A stretch of 64,000 nt of DNA from Selaginella moellendorffii (Eukaryota; Plantae; Lycopodiophyta). Below, piece by piece: positions 25,301 through 39,045 of the stretch. The stretch is from positions 84,105 through 148,104 of the forward strand of contig NW_003314276.1 in the NCBI RefSeq assembly GCF_000143415.4, read 5' to 3'. The notes beneath the pieces were generated by a model. It did not search any database. It saw only the letters and a program-made list of their open reading frames with translations, and had not been told where the DNA came from. The translations under genes were made by a program, and so were the position numbers. Every line of letters begins with the position of its first letter. Position 1 is the first letter of the stretch.

Positions 25301-26652
25301 CAAAGTGATCAACAGATCAGCCATTGGAAAAGTCTACGAAAATTTGTGGAAAATTTTTTCTATCCTAGAGAAAAAATGACTCTCAGTCTAGGAATGCAAA
25401 CTTTTAAGACTCTACCAACTTCTTCCTACCAACAACTTCACATAGGTTCACCTCAATATAAATTCTTATGACCCACAGTATGTCTAAGTATTGAATATCT
25501 TTACCCATTTTTTCGACATCCAACACCGACATCCGCAAAATGCAAAATAAACATCTAAAGCTTGATCACGAAAACCATATCTTCATATATCTATATTGCA
25601 CTAACATTCTTCTTCAACCACTTTCAAGATTCAATGTGAAGCCAAAACATTAACAAGAAAAATGACATAGAAAATCAAGGTCCAGGGAAAATTCTTTATC
25701 ACTCAAAACAATAATACCACTTTCACTAACACATGTGCTAGCGATGTTAATGCCTCAACTGCACATCTTCTCCATTCAACAATCTACTCTAAGTGCTAAC
25801 AGATAAACTAACCAAGTTATAGCAAGTGAATGCTATAACCTTTTCCTAACACCTCAATGGGCAAACTCAAGGAATTAAGGAATCAACTTAAGTTTAGCAT
25901 AATAGATCATTATTGAGAACCTAGTGGAGCTTGGGCTTAGACCCAAGCCAGACGCAAAAAAAAGACAGGCACGCAAGTGGGAGCTAGACTATGCCTCAAG
26001 TTAGTTGACCATGCCCTACTTACCCATTATCCCTACTATACATTTGGAACCCCCCATAGCCCCCCTCCCCCCCTTGAGGAACACACGCTTTGGACTTTCA
26101 CCCCAAGCTTCCCTTAGTATCAGGAGTTAGTCTTTGGGACAAGATCGAAACTTACTAAATATGGAATGGCGCTAGATTCTGAATTTGAACACAGAACGAA
26201 CACCATTGTGTTCAGGACAATCTCTACATTCCGCAGATATGCCAAATGGGTAAATCTAGACACTTTCCATAAATAACATTTGGGACTGAAATGAGACTAA
26301 CACAAAGGGCATGATAGTGAGGGTGTTTGGCAAACAAGGTAAGATATCATCTAGCGAATATTGAGGGACCAATCTCAATATCCCGAAGGTTCTTGATACT
26401 AGCAAGTGCAAGCCAATGACAGAAGTTTCTCAAACCAGGTCGAGTATGCTCAACAAGAAACACATAGGGTTCCTACCTAATGTTTATCCCATTTAAGTAT
26501 ACGGTCAATGACCAATTTCTCAACTAGCTTAAGTGGGAATTAATAATGGGTCCCACAATACCGACCTCTTGCCATCGTGGCAGTAAAGAAAAAAGTGTCC
26601 GTAAGGACTAGCCGACAGGTAACTTTCGATACCCGAAGTTACATTCGCGACA
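22382..26652 (-). mobile_element. Family-B element: partial 5' LTR (about 25920-26652), internal region, PPT (about 22443-22455) and 3' LTR stub (22382-22442)
   Basis: The LTR start TGTCGC(G/A)AATGT occurs at 26652 and 22442. The internal region is the reverse complement of family-B sequence. Confidence 0.75.
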
Positions 26653-26774
26653 GGCACCATTCTACACAAGCCAGAAGCACTGCAGTTGGTTTCCCTTCCG
26701 AGAGTGGGAGCTACTCTTGAGCACTTCCTTAGGTGGCACCACCCGAGTCCATGCTCACTCCCACCTAAAGTGTG

Positions 26775-28745
26775 AGTGCGAATGCAAGTTTGATGTTTAG
26801 TCAAAGTTAAAAACCTAAAAGATCAAGTTCATAAAGACAAAAGATCAAACACAAAAATCATCTTCTTTTTTTTAAGAGATGATTCGCAATAAGGTGTGAC
26901 TTATTTGCTTGAGTTCATATCCTATAGTCAGAGTCACTAATTTGATACATGTTGGTTGTGGTGGTCTTACAAGTTATGCATCATGAGATAGATAATGGTG
27001 AAGCATTAAACCATTTACTTAGGCTTGCTATTGGAAGGCTTAAGTTGCAATGCTCAATTTTTTTATGGGAAATCTTGTTATTGCTCCTTGAGTAGTTTTG
27101 TATTGGATTAGTTTTGAGTTTGATCAAAAAAAGAGTGGCATAAGCTTAGCGATGTTGTAAATAAAGTTAGTGGTGTTAAGTGTTGTAAATCTCTATCGAT
27201 GATATTACATTTTGTCAATAATAGTTGGCACTTGATACTAACATAGACCTTTGTAATAGTGATATACACATTATTTATGGTATTGCTCAATTGATGATCA
27301 AGTCATTGTGAATTCTATATCATATCCTAGTGATTCTAAGCAATGTTTTTACAAAGCTGTATAGTCAATGATAATCAACATCAAAGTGGTTGATGGTAAA
27401 GTTAGTCTAATTGCAGCTAAGGTACCAACATATGTCTAGTATAATGGATCATCTTAGATAACCTAATCAAAACTATTATAATGTTACAAGGCTTTGCCTA
27501 TTGAAATTTAAAAGGTTGTAACATTTATTTGCTATAACATGCTAGTTTATTTATTGGCAATTAGAGTAAATTTTTTTATGGAGAAGATGTGTAGTTGAGG
27601 TATTGACATTGTTAACACTTTTGTTAGTGGAATTGGTATTATTATATCAAACAATAAGGAGGTATCCTTACAACTTAATTTTTCATATCATTTCTTTTGT
27701 TAGTGTTATAGCTTCATATTGGATCTTAAAGCTAATTGAAGAAAAATATTAGTGCGATATGAATATCCATAGATAAAGTTTTTATTATCAAGTTTTGGAT
27801 ATTCATTAGCATTTGCAAATATTATTATCAGTATTGGATATTAAGTATACGGGCATGTTGTTAAATGCTATGTATTTTATTGGGTTTTGAGAATTTGTAT
27901 TGAGGTCAATCTATGTGAAGTTATAAATAAGAGGAAGTTCGTTGAGTCTTGAAAATTTACATTCTTGGATGGAGAGTCATTTTTTATCTAGGATAAAAAA
28001 TTTCCCATATATTTTCTTAGGCTTTTCTAATGGCTGATCTATTGATTATATTGTTCAAAAACCTTTTTTTTTCTTAAGTTATTAGTGAAGGGGTTGAGGC
28101 TAAGGCAATTGAGTTGGATGGAGTTTAAAGTTAGCAAAAAAAAATGGTTGCTATGCTTTTCTAAAAAGGTGACTCTTGTGCCTTTCTTCTGTATCATTAT
28201 ACTTGATAATAAGTTGCATTTTGCATTTTGTTAAACTCTATGAGAATAGTGAACTCTCACTAATCTCGACTTAATTTTGATGGCCCTACACCTTGGTTAA
28301 GGATGGATGGTGATGTCCAACTTAGTTATTCGTGATTGAGGTGTTAGTACCCGTATTATACCCTTGTTCATTAAGAGGTTCTGTACTTATATGAGTCCAT
28401 CTCATGGTCTTAACTTTAGTTTCGATTGAATATTGATCATGCATAGCTATCCTTTTCAGTTATGGTTGGAGCTATTAGCTAAACGTATATTGTAGTCTTT
28501 ATAATTAAAGTACTGTATAATCAGATTCAATAGTCATTTTATCCATACTAATCCATAATCCTTTATATTTTACTTGTGTGTTATCTTTCTATTGGACAAG
28601 TTTTTTAATTGATGACATGAGTTTAATATTATATCTTAGGCAAGTTGAAGAGTGATTATTAGTTGCTTTACAATTAGTGATTGTTTGTGGACTTTGTTGA
28701 GGATTGCTAACACTTTACTTAGCTTGATTATGATTTAGCAGTGAT
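26775..28745 (+). mobile_element. Decayed family-B internal region, preceded by a short family-C LTR fragment (26653-26740)
   Basis: Colinear with about 500-2390. Confidence 0.7.
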
Positions 28746-31700
28746 TGTGCACTTCAACTCCTTTATCAGCTTAATCTTCTCTTGTGCACCTTTCAAAATG
28801 GAAGATGTATATTGTTGTGCCTTCCCATTTCTAGTTGGTTGTGTATGCCGGTAATGACATCGGTGGCATAGCAGTATCAACAATAACATTTGAGGAAGTC
28901 TTCAGCATGAAGCTTGCTCTCTTTAAACTTTCAATCATTTCTTTCAAAAGATTGTAGCTTCACTCAACTAGCCACTCCTCTAGCACAGAGTTGTAAGCTC
29001 CTTAATTTGAACTTCTTAGGAGGTCATCCAGCCCAATACTATAGAACACTTAACCCCAAAACAAAATTGTTATTGCTCCCACTATCTAGTAAAATTTGTA
29101 TTGGACTTTTATGGAACACGCCAATATCCGAGCTTCATCTTGTTCTACACACAGTTGAGTTAATGAGCAATAATCAAAAGCCACTTCCTCCAATTGGAAT
29201 GGTCCTCCTAATTATCCTCATGCTGCAAATTTTGCAAATTTTTAGTATTCAACTTATCATTATTAAAGACTAGTCATTCTTTTTGCTTTATTGCTTATGC
29301 TTCAGCTATGGACAATCAGCCTTGTAATGTCCAAACTCATTGCAATGATGATAACCTTGGCTATACTTCTTCACAAAAAACTTTTACCTTTTTCTATCCA
29401 AAGTAGTTACCATAGACTTAAGCTTGTGATGTTTGTTCCCATTCTTGTGTCCACAGTAATCATCCCTACAATTCTCAACAGAAGGACTCATCAAACACTT
29501 ACAAGATTTATGTTTGTTATTGTCAAGTTGACAAGCCTCATCAAAGAGCTCTTCCAAATTCTTTGTAGGCAGTACACAAAGTGTTGCTGCATACTTTCAT
29601 TATAAAAGCCATCAATAAAGAAGGACTTGTTTCAATTTGGATCCTTCATTAGAACATGGCTAATCAAGTGAGTAAGTTTCTCAATCTAATCCCCAAGCAT
29701 CATTTTCTCTTGCTAGAAATATCAAAGTTCCATGCAAGCATATTCCCATGTCTTAGTGAGGCTACAACATAAACAAAAAGAAACCTCAAACTCATCTATA
29801 GTAGACACTAATGGTTTCTTGTTTGCAACATAAGACTTGTCAAGCCAATTCCACTACCAAAAACCTGCATCATGCAAAACCATTGGAATAGCCACTAAAG
29901 CCTTTATATCTAGGGTTCCCCTAGTAGCATATTGGCTACCATCACCAGAAAACATTGGAATCTTGAGTCAATCTACCAAGAAGTCTTACTTAGAGTGCCA
30001 CCACATCCAGCCTCAACTACCTCAACATGCCCACGTGTAGTATCCATTATGCCATGCATCCCATCTTATCTCTTACTGATTTTGATTAAAGATACAACTA
30101 ATAAACAACATCTAGAATAATCCAAACCTCTACAACTCCATTGGCACCTTCACCGGCACTATCATTGACAATAGGATTCCAATATTAATCTTGGTTGGCT
30201 ATCACAACCAACCTACCTTTGATACCAATATTATGACCCAGTGCTAAAAACAAAAGGTCTAGTCTCCCTAGACTACACTACGTCTCTATCTTGAAATTCC
30301 TCATCCTCCAACCACCCTCAAGCTACCTCAAAGGCTCCATTGCATCACTGCTCTAGGATAAGTTAAGTTCCTTATCTACCAAACTCATTCACTTAAATAA
30401 ATAATGTCACTTATTTTAATATACCCTTAAGCTTCCCTTTGACCTACATTGACCACGTTATCAAAACTAACACCTAACATGTTATGATCTAGCGTGAAAA
30501 GACAAAAGTCTATTCTCCCTAGACTACACTATACTTCCTCTTGAGGTTCCTCACCACCCAACCACCCCGGAGCTACCTCAAAAGCTCCATTGTGCCGCCA
30601 CTCCACTATAAGCCCTAAGGTAGGTTATGTTCCTTACCCTAACATGCCTTAATATACCCTTGAGCTTTCCTTTGACTGACATTGAACACATGGTTAAAGC
30701 TGGTACCTAACAATTTTTCCCCTCCCAATGAAAACCTTGTCCCAAGGACTAGTTGTACCGGTGATCACCCTTTCTGGTGAACCTTGCTCAAGCTGTTGGT
30801 CCATCTTCTAGAGCTATATACATCAAGGAGGCATTGGGCTCTTCATTCCAAAATAGTACACCTTTCAACTAGTTGATATAAATACTGGATGAATTTTCAC
30901 CCCAGCTGTTAGCCATATCTAATAAGCTGCCTTACAATGCGCTACCGATGAGAAAGTTTATCACTCTTCTCATTCTGCAAAGGAAATAAGGTGTTCTGCC
31001 ACTCACTTGATGGAAAGATCACTTACATGAAGACAAGATCACTCATTTTATATTCCTAGAATTAGCAATGCTCATTAGCAAACTTCTCTACTCTATCATG
31101 AGCTACTTGCAAATTCTATTTGCATACCACCAAAATCTCATCAAATTTTATGGTCAGATCAACTGCCTCGAAATCAAACTTATCTTGAACATCCTTACTC
31201 AAATGCAATCCCAACTCCACTGCTATTCAAAGATGCCTTCCAAACATAGCAAAGTAAGGACTTAGCTTAGTTCTACAATGTTAGCTATTATTATAAGTAA
31301 ATTGCACCAATGGAAGATATAAATCCCATTGTCTCTACCTTTGACTAATGCTATAGTGTAAGATACCCTTTACCACCAAATTCACATACTCAATTTTTCC
31401 ATCTGTCTAAAGATGATCTTCATTCGAGAGTTTCAAAGTCACTTGTATAGCATTTGCAAAGCTCTTCTAAAATCCACTAGTGAACTTTAAATCTTAATCA
31501 CTAATGATGTCCTCTGGCAAACCAAATTAGGAAAAACCTTCTCCAAGTAAACTATAGCCAAGTCTAAGGCAGTGACAGTCTTCCAAAGAGCCAACAACCA
31601 CACATACTTTATCAATTAATCCATTATGACCCATACTTGTTTTTTCTTTGCCTCTATGTTTGTGGCAAACAAGTGATGAAGTCCATAGAGATACTACACC

Positions 31701-33900
31701 AACGTCTCTGAGGAATAGGTAAAGGTTGCAAAAATCCCCCTGGCTTCTCCCATGGCATCTTTACTTGCTGACAAAGCTTGCATGATTTATAATACTTAAG
31801 GATATCAGCCTTTATATTCCTCCAATAAAAATTGCACTTAATCAACTCATACGTCTTCTTTCCCCCAAAATGACCGGCCTCTAAACAATCATGATAGTGG
31901 AATAAAACTTGAGTAATTAATGCATCCACCTATGGCAAATATACATAGCCATTGTAGTAGAGCACACTCAACCAACTACCCAAACTCACTGACCACCTTA
32001 TGTGTTTGTAATGCTGTCACATAATGAATACAAAATAAAGCATTTGCAACCACATTTAATTTTCCCAGACGATGCTCAATAGGAAACTCCCCAAACTCCA
32101 TAATTTTGACCATCTGACAAGCTTGCCTAGTGTTCAACTCCTTCTATATGAAAAGATACACAAGAGATTTATAATCTGTCGACACCATAAACATTGCACC
32201 ATAAAGATAATGCTAGCATGTCTATAAAGCATGAACAATAGAGAGTAACTCTTGCTCATATGTAAGATAGTGTTACTTTACGGGATTCAAAATTTAACTC
32301 TTATATGCAATAAGCTGTCCCTCTTGCATGAGAACTCCTCCCAATCCATAACCACTTGCATCACATGTCAAGGTTTTGATGGATCAACAACTAGAGCCTC
32401 ACTCAACAACCATTTTAATGCCACAAAACTCTTCTTATGTGGCTTCTTCCACTCAAATGGCACATTCTTGAGCAACAACCGTATTAAAGGAATAGCTACC
32501 TTCACAAACTTGTACTAGAAACGTTGATAGTAACTAGCCATACCAAGGAAGCTACATAACTCAGTCACTTGAAGTCAATGTACACCACAGTAGAAGTATT
32601 TAGGCATTATCTTCATGAGTTTCTGGAAATTTTCTTGATGATATTCTTGTTTTTAGAAAGAATGTAGAGGAGAATAAGGTGCATTTGTGCAAGGTTCTTT
32701 TGTTACTATGTGACAGCAAACTTTATGCTAAGAAGAGCAAATGTGAGCTTGCAAAGTTGGAGGTGGAATAACTAGGCCATATTATGACATCTAAGGGTGT
32801 TAAGACGGATCCAAAGAAGGTGGCTGTAGTGGAGAATTCAACGGAGTAAATATGGCTGATACATTTGTCAAACCAAATAGCATAATTATAAACTCAAAAT
32901 GCCTGAAACTTGTGTTGAATGTTGTCTTAGAGATAGATGCATCATCTATTGCAATCTGATGATATTCACTCCTCGTATTAATCTTGGTAAACACTTGCAC
33001 TTCACTAAGTTTGTCTAAGATATCATCCACATATGGTATTAGCATTTTATCCTTCATTGTCTTCTTATTCAAGGCACGGTAGTCAATACACATCTGCATT
33101 GAACCATCCTTCTTCTTCACAAGCAATACTGGAGCACCAAACAGAGACTTACTTGGCTGAATAAATCCAAACTCAAGTAGCTCCTTAACTTGTTCTTGAA
33201 CTTCTTGCTCCTCTCCATAACTCAACCAAAGTGGACGGCAATAAATTAGCCACATCCTTGGCTCCAACGTAATCTCATGCTCCACATCTTGTAATGGAAG
33301 CAACCCATGAGGAAGCTTAGATGGAAAAACATCGGAAAACTTGTCAATTACATCCCATACTACTGCTTTTCCCCCACATATGCCTTGTCCCCCAAATCAC
33401 AAACAAACAACAAATAACTCAAAAGTGCTTTTCCATTATGACAAACCCGCTTCAAAGATGTAGTAGAGAGTATAACAACTGGAGGTTGAACTCCCTTTCC
33501 AAACCACAAATCTTTAACGCCACGGTACTCTAGTGAGACATATTTAATACTCCACTTTATCTCTGGATCCACTTTCACTAACCATAGCATCTCAAGAATG
33601 AAATTCACATAATGGATATCTATGAGATAAAAAGTTTCCACAAGTGTGGTTTTGCCAACCAACACTTTCAACCCCTCTACACAAGCAAGACAAAGATCTA
33701 ATCTCCCTAGACTATGCTACACCTCCTCTTAAGGTTCCTTACCATCTAACCACCTCTGAGCTACCTCAAAAGCTCCATTGCACCGCTGCTCCACTGTGAG
33801 CCTTAGGGTAGGTTAAATTCCTTACCCTAACATGCCTTAATATACCCTTGAGTTTCCCTTTGACCAATGTTGACCACGTGGTCAAAGGTGGTGCTTAACA
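28746..33900 (-). mobile_element. Decayed, rearranged Gypsy family-E copy: LTR(33687-33900)-PR-RT-RH-INT-PPT-LTR(30480-30712)-LTR(30229-30479)-PBS-gag-PR
   Basis: Reverse complement of the 58324-62356 family. [27 protein letters not shown]; integrase GHFG...C..CQ...LQPLPIP. Confidence 0.88.
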
Positions 33901-35563
33901 TAATAGAGGCAGAGTTTTTTGTCTTTTCATTTGAAAAGAAAGGTACTCCATAGTCATTCATGAAGTTGATTATAAAGATATCAACTGGTTCCATGATTGG
34001 AGTGATCATTTGATACCAGGAAAAGACTCCAAGAAACCATGAAGCTTTAGACTCTATAAGGTGTTTTGATTGCACAAAAACTGGTTCCCCAGGTTTGGCA
34101 CATTCAAATGATAGATTAAAGGGGATGAAGCTGCATAAGTTATTTACACAATTAAACTCACTTGAATGAGAAGGTTTCAAGGCTAAATGATGCGCTCTTA
34201 TAAATCTCAATTGTCATTTCTTGGAGATCCTGGTGTCAGAACGAGGGTATCACAATTTCTAATGTAGACATGTGATCAAAAGTTACTCTATTTTTCCCAG
34301 TGGAGCTGGGATCCCAGCTACGTGCTAATACTTTTTCTTGCCAGATGGACAATACACGTTGGAGAAATTTTGAATGGAAAGAAATTGGATTCTGACTGCA
34401 TTCTTTATAAGGCTCCTCTTTCTTGATGTTTAACAAATCTTTAACAGCAGGAAGTTAAGAGGTGGTGGACAGCACTCTGCCTCCCTTTCCTTCTGTGTGA
34501 CTTGTTTATTTTTATTTTTATTTGTTTCGTTTTTCCTTTTTTCACTCTAGGCATCCAGTAAAATTGAATTTCTAGGCAACTGCTATTGAACAAACATTGA
34601 TGGGCTCGCTTCTTCTTCATTTTTAGCGGTGGCCATAAATATGTCCATTTTTAAGACAAAAGAAGTACAATGAAGCATTTAAGAAGAAAAGAAATCAAAG
34701 AACAAGGAAGACGACGTTTGAGTTAACTTTGTGCTTTGGAGAGCTTGAAGCTTCTTACTTTGAGAATGGACTGGATTGGCTCCTCTCACTGAGAAGTACG
34801 GAGGAGGTAGCTCCTTGTGCGGGCTAGGAAAATTCTAAGTTACCGTGGTGACAGTTTTTGCTAGCACATACCGATTCTTGTGTCAAAGAGCTATCGCCCC
34901 AGCGTTGCAAGAAGAAAAGTGGATTATCACCTCATGTTCGCAGCATATACTGTTCAGCAAAAGAAAAATGGAAACGTACTTAGAACGTTCTGGCTAATGG
35001 TCCTGTGTAGAGGTTTAAAATGGGCGTAAGCACACCAGGTCAAAGCCCTCACCGTGCTCAGATCTCGATCACCCTTGCTCGTCGCACTGTTCCCAAGCCA
35101 ATCCTCTCCCAGCCCTAGCTCCCCCTTTTCTTGCCCCTGCCGCTGCATCCCAAGAACTCCCATTGCCCGATCCTCTAACAAACCCATTCTTCCTGCCATG
35201 TCGGATTCACTTGTGCCCATGTCATCGTCCACATGTGCCGCTTCGCTTGGCTCATTGTTGACCGCTACAGCACGGTCTGTTTTGAATTAGTGGTTCGCAC
35301 ATCTTTATTGTGCGTTCCGGATTTGTTTTGACGGCTAAGATTATAAACAAACTCCTCCGTTCATACTATTCGATTTGCGGTTTCTGGTCGCGTGGCAACT
35401 CATCAATCTCTCAAGGCAAAAGAAGGCCTGAAAGTAAATGTACACAATTTTTACTGAAAAATGAAAGTCATGTTGAAAATGTATTGACCGTTGATTGGAG
35501 GAGCTCGAGGGAGACGCATCCGCTTGTATATGCCCTAATGTTAGGTTAATCTTCAATTTAGCA

Positions 35564-38029
35564 ATGTCAATACTTCCTGTCGCGCTTTTGCTGTTATGGC
35601 ATTCAGCCATTTTTGGTTCAGGAAAACATTTCACTGCTAACTCGCTTGCCGCAGCTCGAATCACTGATGCCGTTTTGTTTCTTAATGAACTCGACCCAAG
35701 TGTTCTGGATGAAGAATGCCGAGGGCAGCTCCAAACAATACAGGTTTGATACAAAAACAATCCAAACATCTTTTGCTTTCAGCTTGGCCTTCTTAGGTCA
35801 ACCGAAGCCTTGCAAGCAGGCGAGAACAACGATGCAATCGGAGAGATAGGTGTGGCAGAAGCAAGCCTGGACACATGCCTTTTGACTATGAGAAAATTGA
35901 AATCTCCTGAAGCACGCAGGGCTCGCTCTAGCCTTCGAAAAGTTGGTCTAAGCGTCTCGACTGCTGATCAATTGATACAGATATCCAATGAAATTCACAC
36001 TTTGAGACACCCTCCTGAAGCATCCCCGGTGCCTTTAAACACCCGACCGAAATTTGCAATAAGCCAAGACCCCCCACATCCAAGTATGTCAAAAATTCCT
36101 ACAGCAGCGGATATTTTTAAAATACCACCAAAATCTGGATCTCCTCAAACTAATGAAAAGGTCGTTTCAACTATGCCGGTCTCATCAACGCCTTTCAAAA
36201 CGGGCGTGGTAGAACAACACACTCCAAGCTTGTATTCGTCATCTAATAGCCCGAAGTTCACAACAGCAGACGATACAGATCCACCAACAGACTCAAGCCA
36301 CATGAAGACAAGTTTGCAAAATGGCCCCCAGTTTTCAACCTCAGGTGATTACATCTCTAACAACTGACACTAAATTACACTTTCAATGTTGTCAGACTCG
36401 GTCTTTCGGCCCAATACTACTGTTCCAAATTCAGCCATATATCTTTCTGGGCTAACTCCAACGACTGCTTTACGACAGTCAGGGGAACCTTTGTCGTCAA
36501 TTCTAGTTGACTTCTGCTCAAACCATGTAGACAGGAAAGGAAACAACGTTATCATGCATTTGGACAAAGCTTGTGGTATGTGGCTAATTTCACCTGATTT
36601 GGCCTCGCTGAGGACTTTAAAATGCAGGAGCAAAGTTTCATTCTGCAGACATGTTTACTTCAGGGGTGTTCTCTGCCTGGATACGAACTGCAGTAAAATC
36701 AGTTGGTGTTAGCAGCAGTTTTTATGTATACTGTGACTGGTGATTTATAGCGCTTATACTAATGCCTGAATACATGCAGATAACCTCTAATGACCACACA
36801 CCAGATGCAATTAGCTTCGAATTTTATGGAAATCAACCAAAAAGGCTAACAACAAGCTATACAGTGCAAGGAATATCCGATAACAACAAACAGACTTTTG
36901 CAGTTTCTTTTGATACATCTCTTAAATTTCACAAGTACACCATCAAATGGGATACCGAAGGCATAATGTAAGGTATCTTCTTGTGTTTCTGTGAGTCATA
37001 TTAAATATTAATGGCAGGTGGCTCGTGGATGACTTGCTATTTCGAGCAATTGCAAAGACAAGTGGCAAGCCTTATCCTGAAAAGCCAGGAGGTCTATACG
37101 GGCTGATTTGGGATGCCTCCCATGCTGGTTTAGCTGGCACAATCGATTGGCAGAACAGTCCTTTCACCATCTACTACACCGATATTCTTGTTTCGTCGCC
37201 TCTGCTTTCTGGAACATGGAGGTTACCACCTCAAACGACAATACCGTCTGAATCTATCCCTGCACCAATGCGTCCCCTCGTGATTGATTATTGTGGATCT
37301 AATGTGGAGGTCACAGACACTGATATTGAAATAAAACTCGACGTCCAGCCAAAATGCGGTTCGTGAATTTTTTGTTAGTTATCTTCTAAAATTTCTTCAT
37401 GTTACTAGGTGGTAGAGTTCGATCTGTTTCTAGGTATCTTGAAGGAGCATTCACTGCCCGAGTAAAATGCTCTGCAGGCGACACGAGTGGTCTCGTCTCA
37501 AGCTTTTACGTATGTTTTATACAGCTTTAGTTGCTTCTATGTTTAAAAATTTTAGTATTTTGGCAGTTATCATCTCTTGAAGGAAATGACGATGCTGACG
37601 AGATTATCTTTGAATGGCTGGGCTTTAACAAGCATGTTGTTCAAACCAATTTTCGTGTGAACGGTCGTGCTGCTAACGACGAGGTCATCGATTTGAACTT
37701 TGATTGTTCACTGGGCTTCCACAAATACACAATTAGATACAGCAAACAACACATCCAGTTAAGGTTCTTTGTTTAAGCTGATCTTTGGTTAATCTTTCTC
37801 TATTCTTTTTGGCAGATGGGTTGTTGATGAACGTCTTTTGAGGACTGTAACCTTTTCACAGCAGTCATTGCTTGCAGGGACACCTTATCCTGTGAAACCC
37901 ATGTATGTCTATTCGTCAGTGTGGAACGGCTCAGATGTGAACAATGGAAAGTGGGCTGGAACGTGGCATGGCACTGGTTTGCCTTATACAGTTCTATTCA
38001 GCGATATAACTATAACATCCTCAGAGTGA
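35564..38029 (+). CDS. Secreted multidomain protein: signal peptide, small helical domain, S/T/P-rich linker and two tandem GH16 (EG16-like) domains
   Basis: Spliced ORF with GT-AG introns at 35744-35782, 36345-36395, 36576-36627, 36726-36779, 36968-37017, 37359-37408, 37510-37566 and 37758-37815, all keeping frame. Domain 2 has GDTSGLVSSFYLSSLEGNDDADEIIFEWLG...VQTNF...DLNFDCS..FHKYTI...PVKPMYVYSSVW. Confidence 0.85.
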
Positions 38030-38426
38030 TTGGAAATCTGTGCCAAAATAAGCATACCATCCAAGGTAGAATCCAATGAGAAACTATCTTTTTGCATTTT
38101 ATTGCATCTTATTTCTCCTCCTCAATTGCCTTTATAATCACACCATTTCTGCAATAGCGAGCTTCTATATTACATTACAAGCCTCAGCACTTTTCTTGGT
38201 ATAACCTTCTTCCCGTTTTCTTTTGCTTTATTGAACGTGAAGGCACCCGTTTTTCCCTGGTGTCCTTTTTGCGTGTTTTCGTCAAAACACTTTTATCACT
38301 GCTATGACAAGTTTTAGCTTTCCATTTGTACGTTTTTTTCTGCTAAAACTCTTGATGAGTTTGAAGATAACAAACCTTTAAATTAATTTTTCTCATTCTA
38401 GAATTGAATGTTAGCATCCTTCCATA

Positions 38427-38859
38427 TTATCCGGATTTCTTTAAGTATGCTATTAAATCGGCCCTGTCTTGAGGTTTCTTTAATCCAGGAAAAACCATCT
38501 TGTTCCCTGGCATAAACTGCAATATTTTAAATTCAGAACCTTTATAATTTTCAAACAGCTTTTCTGACCTTCTTGGGATTCAAAAGATAGTCATATAACG
38601 TATCGTCCTTCCAGGTAACCTTCGCATTCCTGTTTGCCTGAGAGAAAGAAAAACCAGGAGCTGTCCCAGAAACTCGCCCAACAACTCCGTTGAGATTTGG
38701 GCCTACAAATTACGCAAAGTTAACTGCAGTGGTTTTCAGATGGGTACCTTGTTTGTGGCCACCCCCCTTCTCAATCGTGTGACAAGCAGAACATTTGGTC
38801 TTAAACAGCTTTTCTCCACTCGCTGCATTCCCGGCTGGGGCATCCTTAAAAGTTGCCAT
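38427..38859 (-). CDS. CYC: Mitochondrial cytochrome c (111 aa, 3 exons)
   Basis: [43 protein letters not shown]...[43 protein letters not shown] and the axial Met are present. Introns 38703-38747 and 38517-38568. Confidence 0.95.
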
Positions 38860-39045
38860 AACCTAAACCTAGTAAATACCTCCACGTGTACCCTCTTTAT
38901 CCTCCAGCAGAGCGAGATCCGCAACGAGCTGATTTTACACCGATTCACAAGCAGCAGTGAGACCTACAAACCAAACATGGTAATAAGAGAGGTAAAGTTT
39001 AGTACTTACACAATTTACAACCCTAAAAAGTTCTCGGCAGCAACT

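Noticed and set aside
33901-35300. Possible gene exons (ORFs 33827-34210 and 34954-35232)
   Set aside because: No recognisable motif or consistent spliced model.
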